Virus record (IMG/VR): IMGVR_UViG_3300045988_081930
Direction: 5' to 3' (one strand)
DNA from: a virus
DNA length: 50,575 bases
The position numbers were made by a program, and so were the translations under genes. Every line of letters starts with the position of its first letter. The first letter of the stretch is position 1. Shown here one piece after another: positions 1 through 7,052 of the stretch. Under the pieces are notes generated by a model. The model worked only from the letters and a program-made list of their open reading frames with translations, did not search any database and had not been told where the DNA came from.

Positions 1-75
1 ATATTTAACGTGTTAGCGTTAAATATCGGCTGATTTGGCGGAGTAAGAGAGATTTGAACTCTCGCGGCGGTTTCC
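1..75. repeat. Terminal direct repeat, copy 1 (identical to 50501-50575)
   Basis: Read directly: the same 75 nt (atatttaacgtgttagcg...cggcggtttcc) at both window ends. Confidence 0.95.
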
Positions 76-99
76 CACCCTACGCCCTTAGCAGGGGCG
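36..99 (-). other. attP core candidate: 3' 64 nt of a tRNA-Ser(GCU) (anticodon arm, long variable arm, T arm, 3' acceptor strand plus CCA); not a complete tRNA
   Basis: Minus strand reads CGCCC-CTGCTAA-GGGCG (anticodon GCT), GTAGGGTGGGAAACCGCCGC, GAGAG-TTCAAAT-CTCTC, TTACTCCGCCA. No D arm or 5' acceptor strand (GGAGTAA) follows. Confidence 0.8.
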
Positions 100-145
100 A
101 GGAAATGAAGAAAAACATCGAATGTACGACTGTTTGTTCAAGGAA

Positions 146-165
146 GAACACACCGCGTACACACC
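146..165. repeat. Two arm-type-like repeats (GAACACACC, GTACACACC) between the att core and int
   Basis: Same 9-mer as the four tandem copies at 50383-50427, on the other side of the tRNA fragment. Confidence 0.55.
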
Positions 166-308
166 GAGATACATCTACTTTTTTGAGAATTATTCCACAC
201 AAACAACCCCAAAAAAGGCGTTGTAAAAGGCCGAAAATTGCATAATATTTAGATTGCAAAATTATTACATATTCGGACAAGTCAAAGTGCAAGTCTATAC
301 GTTCCTTG

Positions 309-1448
309 TTATAGCGTTAATCGGTTGACAGCTTCCAGCTTGGCGGCAAGTGAAATGTGGCCGTAGGAATTTGCGAGCTTGGATATTTTGGAATTGCTGT
401 GACCAACGATAGAGTTTATAACGACGTCGGAAACGGCGGGCACAAGCTCGTGCAATCTCGTGTAGCAGGTGTGGCGCTGGCAATAGCTGCCCAAGGGACG
501 GATGCCGGTGCGCTGGACCATCTGCGCCCAGTTGGAGTAGTAGGTGTTTTCGTCGTAGGCTACCATACCATAGCGGGCCTGCGGCATGACGGCTTTGACG
601 ATGGGCACGATACAATCGGCAATGGGAATTTCGCGGTCTTTACCGGCCTCAGTCTTGATGCCGCCGACAATGACCTGCCCGGCGGGATTTACCCGCGTGA
701 CATCCTGTGCGAACAGCTCCCCGGTACGCATACCTGTGTAGGCCATAATGAGGGCATAGCCGGTGATAAGGTCGTGAGTTTTATTCCAGTCATTCCAGAT
801 GGCGTGCATTTCCTCCGGCGTGCGTGCGTCCTTACTGGTAAGCGGCTTGCTGGGAAGCTCTATGCAGCGGATCACCTGGGATTTGCTGGCTGGGCAGACT
901 TCCTCCAATACGGCCATGTCAACGATCTTTTGCAGAATCGTCTTGACATCGCGCTTGGGGTAGAACGCGCCATCAATGCCGTCAACAAGATTCTGCAATT
1001 CAGAATAGCGTAGGCTGGCAACGTCCCGATCATAGATGCACTCCATGCGTTTGTAGGCAGTCATGTAGTGGCTGCGCTTGTCTGGGGTGATTTCAAGCCA
1101 CTTTTTGGACTGCTGGACCATCTGGAAAATCTCGTCCACGGTGTGGGACTTTGCGCCGCCGTTTTCCATTGCGCGGAGCTGGGGAAGGTAGTTGATGGCG
1201 TCGGCACGGGTGGCAAAGCCGCCCTTGGTGCGCTCGGAAACGATGACACCATGACGCTTGACGCGGACGCGGGCAGACCAGGTGCGGCCACGCTTGAAAA
1301 CTGTGCCGGTGCCGTTGGGGTTATGAGGCTTTTTGACGGGGGCTGCGGAGGCGGACGCCTGCTTTTTGCCGCAGAACATGCAGTATACAGATATATCCGG
1401 GATTTCCTGTTTACATTTTATGCAGAGCATGGGCACACCACCTGACAT
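309..1448 (-). CDS. int: Tyrosine integrase with N-terminal zinc-ribbon
   Basis: 379-aa ORF. CIKCKQ..CMFCGKK ribbon; C-terminal CQRHTCYTR ... VGHSN ... YGHISL, consistent with the R..HxxR..Y catalytic pattern; adjacent to the att site. Confidence 0.9.
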   Translation of the reverse strand: MSGGVPMLCIKCKQEIPDISVYCMFCGKKQASASAAPVKKPHNPNGTGTVFKRGRTWSARVRVKRHGVIVSERTKGGFATRADAINYLPQLRAMENGGAKSHTVDEIFQMVQQSKKWLEITPDKRSHYMTAYKRMECIYDRDVASLRYSELQNLVDGIDGAFYPKRDVKTILQKIVDMAVLEEVCPASKSQVIRCIELPSKPLTSKDARTPEEMHAIWNDWNKTHDLITGYALIMAYTGMRTGELFAQDVTRVNPAGQVIVGGIKTEAGKDREIPIADCIVPIVKAVMPQARYGMVAYDENTYYSNWAQMVQRTGIRPLGSYCQRHTCYTRLHELVPAVSDVVINSIVGHSNSKISKLANSYGHISLAAKLEAVNRLTL

Positions 1449-1643
1449 TGAAAGATACTATTTAGACAATGAAAAGACAGACGCAAGTTAAAAGAAAATC
1501 AAAAACAGCGCAGCAATGATAAAAACGCAATTAGATTAAAACAAAACGCAAGCTAGACGCAAGTTAATTGCAAAGATTAAAGCGTTTACTTTTTGGGGAA
1601 AATATTACTTATAAGTTATATTGAGAGAAATTTTCCGAAAAAT
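1449..1643. promoter_or_regulatory. AT-rich intergenic island with iterated ACGCAA motif (13-bp AGACGCAAGTTAA x2)
   Basis: AGACGCAAGTTAA at 1479-1491 and 1555-1567; AAAACGCAA at 1522-1530 and 1543-1551; much lower GC than the flanks. Confidence 0.5.
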
Positions 1644-2417
1644 TCAATCATCAAAAGTAACGTCAACAAGCGTGGGGAAGGTATAATCCACGCCATCCCA
1701 TGTATAGCGGCAGATGAAATTGGTGCGGAGCGTTGCGCCGAAACCGTTCTGTGAATCAACGTAGGACTTTACATAGAAGTAATCGGAATCGCGCACAACG
1801 GTCCAGTCGTCACCGAGAACATCCGGGTACACGGCGGTGGAGGGAGACTTCAAATAATTGGAAACATCGGACTGGGCGGAGTTGCAGAGGGTGGCGTACT
1901 GCATGGACGACACGAGAATGTCGTTTACGTCACCGACAACGGCACCGTTGTTGTAAATATCTGTATCACCGGCATAGATGCGGCAGACCTTATAATCGGC
2001 ATCGAAACGGATTTTGACGACGGATTTGCCCCAGTTACAGTATGCCTCGTTTGTGCCGATGGCTTTGACAAGACGGATTGTGGTTTCATCAAAACCGCAG
2101 TCGAGCATCGTCTGCTTCATATTGAGGTACTGCTCCAGCGGGTAGCCGACAAGATCGGCATCGGCCTGCTCCGGGTGCGGGGTTGGCTCCGGCGTGGCGG
2201 TGGTGGCAGGTTCCGGCGTGGCGGCGGCAGAGGAGGCGGAGGAGGCAGAGGAAGAATACGCGGGAGGCTGCGTTTTGCTTGGCGTGAAAACGCGGACAAC
2301 AAATTTAACGATAAATACAGAAAGAAGAACAAAGACGACAAGTGAGAGGATATAAGAAAGGCAACCGCCGGCATCCGGCTTTTGACCGACATTCTGATTG
2401 TTCATAGATTTCCACAT
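1644..2417 (-). CDS. Membrane-anchored protein of unknown function (moron candidate): N-terminal TM helix, S/A/T/P-rich linker, about 170-aa C-terminal domain
   Basis: 257-aa ORF between int and the repressor; hydrophobic CLSYILSLVVFVLLSVFIVKFVV, then SSSASSASSAAATPEPATTATPEPTP. Confidence 0.6.
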   Translation of the reverse strand: MWKSMNNQNVGQKPDAGGCLSYILSLVVFVLLSVFIVKFVVRVFTPSKTQPPAYSSSASSASSAAATPEPATTATPEPTPHPEQADADLVGYPLEQYLNMKQTMLDCGFDETTIRLVKAIGTNEAYCNWGKSVVKIRFDADYKVCRIYAGDTDIYNNGAVVGDVNDILVSSMQYATLCNSAQSDVSNYLKSPSTAVYPDVLGDDWTVVRDSDYFYVKSYVDSQNGFGATLRTNFICRYTWDGVDYTFPTLVDVTFDD

Positions 2418-2420
2418 CCT

Positions 2421-2450
2421 AAATAAAAAATAGCAGGGTCTCCCCTGCTA
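2421..2450 (-). terminator. Rho-independent terminator (minus strand)
   Basis: TAGCAGGG-tctc-CCCTGCTA stem at 2431-2450, with an A-run on the plus strand (a U-run on the minus transcript). Confidence 0.6.
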
Positions 2451-2545
2451 TGGTGAAGCGGATGCGGGCCGGAGGAAACGGAACAGCGGCACGCACCTTA
2501 TTATGTTAAGACAACAATAACACGAAACAGCAGAAAATGCAATAG

Positions 2546-2580
2546 AAAAGGCCAGAGCCGGCGGCGGTTCTGGCCTTTTT
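2546..2580. terminator. Bidirectional hairpin terminator downstream of the repressor gene
   Basis: AAAAGGCCAGA...TCTGGCCTTTTT, flanked by A- and T-runs. Confidence 0.6.
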
Positions 2581-2590
2581 GCTGGCGGGC

Positions 2591-2616
2591 GGGGCGTCGA
2601 GGACGCCGCCCCCTAC
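2591..2616. repeat. GC-rich hairpin module M1 (GGGGCGTC-GAG-GACGCCGCCCCCTAC), copy 1 of 3
   Basis: Near-identical copies at 12986-13012 and 33914-33939. Confidence 0.8.
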
Positions 2617-2636
2617 GACATGCCCGGCGGATCAGT

Positions 2637-3050
2637 CTACCCGTCGGAGGAAGATGCGGTATCGAGGTCTTTTTTTTGAGGATCGGGCGGGGTCTGGGAG
2701 AGCTTTTCGACAAGAGAATCCATGTAGCGCATGATGGCGGCGCGGTCCTGCGGGGACAGGTCAATAAATGCGGAGACGATGGCCTGCTCACGCGGGGTGA
2801 GCTGCTTTTCCTCGGCCAGGCGGGCGAGGATAGAGAGCTTGGATTCATCCAGCATGGAGCCTGCGCCGGTGCGCAGCCATGTTTCGTTGACGCCGAACTC
2901 GCGGCAGATAGAAGTAATGGTTTGGTCGGTTGTGCCGTTCTCGCCGCGCTCCACCTTGCTAAGGCCGGATTTTGTCATGCCGATGCGGCGACCAAATTCC
3001 TCAAGGGTAAGTTTGAAATACTGGCGGACTTCCTTTATGCGGTTATTCAA
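2637..3050 (-). CDS. XRE/cI-type HTH repressor (ORF open to 3131; likely TTG start at 3050)
   Basis: LTLEEFGRRIGMTKSGLSKVERGENGTTDQTITSICREFGV HTH. AAGGAGG lies 8 nt before the TTG. Divergent from the early operon. Confidence 0.8.
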   Translation of the reverse strand: MNNRIKEVRQYFKLTLEEFGRRIGMTKSGLSKVERGENGTTDQTITSICREFGVNETWLRTGAGSMLDESKLSILARLAEEKQLTPREQAIVSAFIDLSPQDRAAIMRYMDSLVEKLSQTPPDPQKKDLDTASSSDG

Positions 3051-3075
3051 TGTGTTCACCTCCTTTTCTAAGGTC

Positions 3076-3104
3076 AGTATAGAACAAAAAGTGTCGAAAG
3101 TCAA
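3076..3104 (-). promoter_or_regulatory. Sigma70-like promoter for the repressor (TTGACT-17-TATACT) with a TCGACAC operator half-site in the spacer
   Basis: Read on the minus strand: TTGACTTTCGACACTTTTTGTTCTATACT. Confidence 0.6.
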
Positions 3105-3124
3105 CTTAAATTTGCAAAATAGTG

Positions 3125-3153
3125 TTGACAAGGTGTCGAGAAGGTGTTATTAT
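3125..3153 (+). promoter_or_regulatory. Sigma70-like early promoter (TTGACA-17-TATTAT) with a GTGTCGA operator half-site in the spacer
   Basis: TTGACAaggtgtcgagaaggtgtTATTAT. Confidence 0.65.
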
Positions 3154-3229
3154 GGGGGCATGAGGTGTAGAACGGACACAAAAAAGATAACGAGAATACA
3201 CCTACGACACACGCGGGAGGTGATGCGGC

Positions 3230-3418
3230 GTGGTGGAAATGACAGAGAAAATGAAAGCCCTCGGCAACGACTTCATAGAGAAGTGCGAGAACCAAGGGCT
3301 GACGTTTGAGGAAATGAAATTCCTTTTAATGTACTTGAGCACGCGGACAGATGAAGCGCTGGAAAGGCTGCAAAAACATCATCTGACCGATGACGTGGCA
3401 AACATTAGACGGTTTTGA
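3230..3418 (+). CDS. Small early protein, unknown function
   Basis: 62-aa ORF, first gene after the early promoter; GGAGG upstream. Confidence 0.5.
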   Translation: MVEMTEKMKALGNDFIEKCENQGLTFEEMKFLLMYLSTRTDEALERLQKHHLTDDVANIRRF

Positions 3419-3596
3419 GTTGGTCGAGAACGGCATCCAGCCGGTCGGGAACCATAGCGCTGTATGCGTCGATGCTTGCGGAAAAAGCATCCAGCAGAGC
3501 CGCGGAAACCGACTTGTCGGCGGGCGGGTTGGACTGAACTTCCAACGCTGCCGCCTGCATGGCGAGATCGTACACGAGCTTTTGACGGTCAGACAT
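3405..3596 (-). CDS. Small protein, unknown function (MSDRQKLVYDL...)
   Basis: Internal ATG of ORF 3405..3770, preceded by AAGGAGG and a TTGTCT-17-TACAAT promoter. Confidence 0.5.
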   Translation of the reverse strand: MSDRQKLVYDLAMQAAALEVQSNPPADKSVSAALLDAFSASIDAYSAMVPDRLDAVLDQLKTV

Positions 3597-3597
3597 T

Positions 3598-3657
3598 TTA
3601 TAACACCTCCTTCCCCTGCCATTGTAGCACGGGAAAGCGAGGGAGACAACACGCAGG
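3598..3657 (-). repeat. About 60-bp direct repeat, copy 1, carrying a minus-strand promoter (TTGTCT-17-TACAAT) and the RBS of 3405..3596
   Basis: -10 at 3621-3626 and -35 at 3644-3649 (minus sense); near-identical to 3849-3911. Confidence 0.6.
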
Positions 3658-3848
3658 AAAGCAGGTGAGCAAAGCGAAACACATTTTAAGCAGTGCGATT
3701 GCGCGGTGCATTGTTGCCGATGCCAAAAGAAAAGGAAAGCGCCCGCCGCCCTTTGAGGGCACACGGGCACTGGTGGAAAGGCAGGGATGGCGGAAAATTA
3801 TCCGCCTGACAGCAAAGTGTTTTTTGCTGCTTCCACTGCAACGACTTT

Positions 3849-3911
3849 TTATAACACATCCTTCCCCTGCTATTGTAGCACGGGAAAGCGAGGGAGACAA
3901 CACACGCAGGA
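3849..3911 (-). repeat. About 60-bp direct repeat, copy 2, same promoter but with the RBS mutated (AAGGATG); no convincing ORF downstream
   Basis: -10 at 3872-3877 and -35 at 3895-3900 (minus sense). Confidence 0.6.
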
Positions 3912-3920
3912 GGTGAAAGG

Positions 3921-4118
3921 GTGGAGAAGGAAACGAGCGGAGAGAGGTCGGCAGAGATGTTCTATGTGAGTGCTCTGGTTGACAACGCAGAACTGGCGGA
4001 AAGGCTGTACAGCATCCTGCGCCGGGAATTGCAGAGCTACAAGCGGGAGAACAGAGACTGCACCTATATGGTGGAAATGGACCGGTGTGCAAAAGAGAAA
4101 AACAAAGAGGTGAATTAA
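3921..4118 (+). CDS. Small early protein, unknown function
   Basis: 65-aa ORF; GTG start 7 nt after GGAGG. Confidence 0.5.
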   Translation: MEKETSGERSAEMFYVSALVDNAELAERLYSILRRELQSYKRENRDCTYMVEMDRCAKEKNKEVN

Positions 4119-4120
4119 GA

Positions 4121-4276
4121 ATGAGTGAGAAAGAAAAGGAAATGCGCGAGATGGTGGAGACGCTGCGGAAGCTGCCGGACCATGCGCAGGAGAAGATCGG
4201 GTATATGATCGAGGGCGCCGCGCTGGTGAGCGGTGCGCACGAGGACGAGCCGAAGAAGGACGGCGGTGCGGCGTGA
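4121..4276 (+). CDS. Small acidic protein, unknown function
   Basis: ATG after AAGAGGTGA; MSEKEKEMREMVETLRKL... Confidence 0.5.
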   Translation: MSEKEKEMREMVETLRKLPDHAQEKIGYMIEGAALVSGAHEDEPKKDGGAA

Positions 4277-5187
4277 AGCACAACGACGGGCCTGATGCGT
4301 GGTTGACGGCGCTGCGGCACGAGATGGCGCAGGCCTGCATGGCGCGGGCCTGCGAGCTGCCGGAAAAGGTAATGCTCGGTGACGATTTGCCGGACGACCT
4401 GCCACCAGATGGCGGCGGCCCGGGGCCTTGGCGCTGGCTGGGGGTTGATGCACTGAAAATCAAGAACCCGGAAGTAATGATACTTGGAAAGGAAAGCTCC
4501 ATCCGGCACTGCGGGGCCACTATTCCCCTTCTGGCCTGCGGCCACCTCCCCCGCGCCGGGGGAGTCTGTCCCGCTGCGGCGGTGGAGGCAGGGGGCGGAA
4601 AGGACACGGACAAGATGGGCATAAATGTGAAAGGCATCGGAGAAGCGGTCTTGTTGGCGGCGCTATACAATGCGGCAAAGCCGGACGAGCAAGACGCAAT
4701 GTACAGCAAGCACGAAAGCATGACGAAAGAGGAAGCGTCGGAACTGCTGGACGAGTTGAGCGGGCATAAAGCGAACGAGCCGGTGCTCATCCGAAAACTG
4801 TACGGCAGACGGATTTATATGTATTTCTGGCCCGGAATGAAAAGAACTGACGCCACCCAGTACGACAACGAAAACGGGCAGGGCAAGGCAGAAAAGATAG
4901 TAGCAGCCATATACAAAGAAATTGCCGCCAAGAAGAACGCCGAGCGGAAAGCGGAGCGGGCGAAGCGACACAGGGTCGCCGTGTACTGGCAGGATGACAA
5001 CGACGGAATTTGCACCATAGCAGACGGACACAGCGAGCATCAGAACATTATGGCCGCTGCGTACTTGCTTGGCACACTGCTGGCGGAAGTGCCGGAGGAA
5101 CGCCGGACCGCAGAATACAACGGTGCGATCATGAAGGTTGACGAGATCATCCGGGAGTGCGGAAGAAAGGGAGAAACCGATGAATGA
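4273..5187 (+). CDS. Hypothetical protein; the ORF reads through an embedded GC-rich repeat. The C-terminal part (from M at 4615) looks like an independent domain
   Basis: 304-aa ORF, GTGA-coupled to the upstream gene; repeat 4525-4593 is in frame; a second possible start is MGINVKGIGEAVLLAALYN. Confidence 0.55.
   Translation: MKHNDGPDAWLTALRHEMAQACMARACELPEKVMLGDDLPDDLPPDGGGPGPWRWLGVDALKIKNPEVMILGKESSIRHCGATIPLLACGHLPRAGGVCPAAAVEAGGGKDTDKMGINVKGIGEAVLLAALYNAAKPDEQDAMYSKHESMTKEEASELLDELSGHKANEPVLIRKLYGRRIYMYFWPGMKRTDATQYDNENGQGKAEKIVAAIYKEIAAKKNAERKAERAKRHRVAVYWQDDNDGICTIADGHSEHQNIMAAAYLLGTLLAEVPEERRTAEYNGAIMKVDEIIRECGRKGETDE
4525..4593. repeat. GC-rich M2-type repeat embedded in a coding frame
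   Basis: ...cacctccccc...gctgcggcggtggaggcag, shared with 12930-12980 and 22790-22839. Confidence 0.7.
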
Positions 5188-5455
5188 AGGGTATGTAAAG
5201 GTTTCGTGGGAGAATAACGCGAAAACCGGGGAAGCGGAGAACGTTGTGATTGACACGGAGGCAAGCGCGACGGAGGAAGCAACGGTAGCCTGCCTTATGG
5301 TGCGCCACGCCTGTGAAACCATTGCACAGTACAGCGGCAAAGAAAAGGCGAAAAAATGCCTGCTGGAAACCGTGAAGATCGCTTTGGATGCAACGGATGA
5401 AGAAATCGAAGCGCAGGCAAAGACGCAGGGAAAGGACGGCGGAGACAATGAATGA
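5180..5455 (+). CDS. Small protein, unknown function (paralog of the next gene)
   Basis: MNEGYVKVSWENN... after AAGGGAG. Confidence 0.5.
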   Translation: MNEGYVKVSWENNAKTGEAENVVIDTEASATEEATVACLMVRHACETIAQYSGKEKAKKCLLETVKIALDATDEEIEAQAKTQGKDGGDNE

Positions 5456-5726
5456 GAATTTTATCAAGGTGATGTGGCAGCAGGACGAGAACGGGAACCC
5501 GCCGACAGGGTTTGCCGTGATGGCGCAGGGCGGCGTGCGCGGGTCCATGATGGCCGCGGCCATTGTGGCACGCAGCGTTGTGAGCGCGATGGAAAAACAG
5601 GTGGGCCGAGAGCGGGCAAAAGACGACTTGCTGGGCATGATCCGGCTGGTGCTGGAACAAGACGATAAAGAAATTCTTAGCGAGGGCGTAACGATTGCAC
5701 TGCCGAGGAGAGTGAAGCCGGAATGA
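5448..5726 (+). CDS. Small protein, unknown function (paralog of the previous gene)
   Basis: MNENFIKVMWQQD...; similar N-terminus and size to 5180..5455. Confidence 0.5.
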   Translation: MNENFIKVMWQQDENGNPPTGFAVMAQGGVRGSMMAAAIVARSVVSAMEKQVGRERAKDDLLGMIRLVLEQDDKEILSEGVTIALPRRVKPE

Positions 5727-6643
5727 GCGAGGATTGGGGGCTTGTGACCCTGCCGACAAGCGGCGACCCGGAGAAGATCGCAATCGGGCGGTTGAAAGCG
5801 GCAAGCGACATGGCGCTGAAGTATTACGGCACGCCGCTGGTGGTAACGACCAGCGGCGGCAAGGACAGCAGCGTGTGCGTGGAGTTGGCCCGGCGGGCGG
5901 GCATTCCCTTTGAAATACAACACAACCACACAACAGCAGATGCGCCGGAGACAGTGCGGTTTGTACGGCAGGAGTTTGCCAGACTTGAAAATCTGGGCGT
6001 GAAATGCACCATCAACTACCCCGTTTATAAGGGAAAACGCACAAGCATGTGGGACTTGATCCCGCAAAAGCTGATGCCGCCGACACGAATCATGCGGTAC
6101 TGCTGCGCTGTGCTGAAAGAACAGGGCGGAAACGGGCGGTTCATCACGACTGGCGTGCGGTGGGCGGAAAGCAGCCGAAGAAAGCGCGACAGAGGCGTTT
6201 TTGAAGCGTACACCCGGAACAAAGAGAACAAAATCGTTTTGAAAGGCGAAGAACAGGAGCCGAGCAAAATCTTTGAGGGGTGCAAGGTGGCCGCAAAGCG
6301 CGTAGTAAACCCCATTGTGGACTGGACAGACAATCAAGTATGGAGCTTTTTGTAGGATGCAAAGGTGCCTGTCAATCCGCTGTATGAATGTGGGTTCAGC
6401 CGCGTCGGCTGTATCGGCTGCCCGATGGCGAGCAAGAAACGGTATGCGGAGTTCCGACGCTGGCCTGCTTACGAGAAGCTCTACATACAAGCATTTGACA
6501 GGATGCTTGATGAGCGCAGAGCGCGCGGAAAGATGGACGGAAGCTGGATGACGGGCGGTACAGGGCAAGATGTGTTCCGTTGGTGGATGGAGGAAGATGT
6601 GCTGCCCGGGCAAATTTCTGTGGATGACATTTTAGAGAACTGA
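5723..6643 (+). pseudogene. PP-loop ATP-pyrophosphatase / PAPS-reductase-family protein interrupted by one in-frame TAG (6353-6355)
   Basis: SGGKDS P-loop in 5723..6355. ORF 6365..6643 is in the same frame and continues the domain (PVNPLYECGFSRVGCIGCP). Confidence 0.7.
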
Positions 6644-7052
6644 TCCCCGGCGGGAGGCCGCCGGAATATGGGCGGGGCGCTTAGCGACGGCGTTTGCAGC
6701 ACGGTTCAGAGCCGTGGACCCGCAGAAAACCTCCTATTCTCTATAACCACATGGCTGACAGCCGGGAAAGACCGGCAATATTATGCCGCCGCCGTGCCCG
6801 CATGAGGACCGGCGGGGCCATCCCGCGGCTGACAGTGGGGGAAAGTTTGTCGGCACCTGGCACGGGTAAAGTGCAGGGGCAAGGGCAATGTGAAACGGAC
6901 AGAGCCTACACCCCGCCCCGGCAACCTGTTCACGCCGGGGTTTATATGAGCCGCGCCGAGGTCGGCGTGCAGGGCTTGGGCATTTGCCCTGCACGGCTGG
7001 TCCGATACCAGCACGCGGCACCAGAGAGAAAAAAAGAAAGGCGGTGCGCAGT

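Noticed and set aside
36-125. A complete tRNA-Ser gene at the left end
   Set aside because: Only the anticodon arm, variable arm, T arm and 3' acceptor strand are present. The sequence where the D arm and the 5' acceptor strand (GGAGTAA) should be reads CTTCATTTCCT..., so it is an att-site fragment and not a functional tRNA.
54-292. ORFs 54..245 (+) and 80..292 (-) as genes
   Set aside because: They overlap the tRNA fragment and arm repeats, have no RBS, and have unconvincing composition. The region is better explained as attP.
2731-3309. ORF 2731..3309 (+, 192 aa) across the immunity region
   Set aside because: It runs antisense through the well-supported repressor gene and across both promoters. 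Its composition is not protein-like.
6353-6355. Genome-wide TAG reassignment (alternative genetic code)
   Set aside because: TAG terminates other well-supported ORFs (avd at 46481-46483, 12290..12427, and the -1 chaperone product). No suppressor tRNA was seen, and only one in-frame TAG was noticed.
6840-6950. Cobalamin or c-di-GMP riboswitch
   Set aside because: Short stretches (AAGGGCAATGTGAAACGG, GGACAGAGCC, a CCCCGGC hairpin) loosely recall those cores. Key conserved boxes are missing or out of order by eye, and this needs cmscan. It is kept only as an unassigned structured-region finding.
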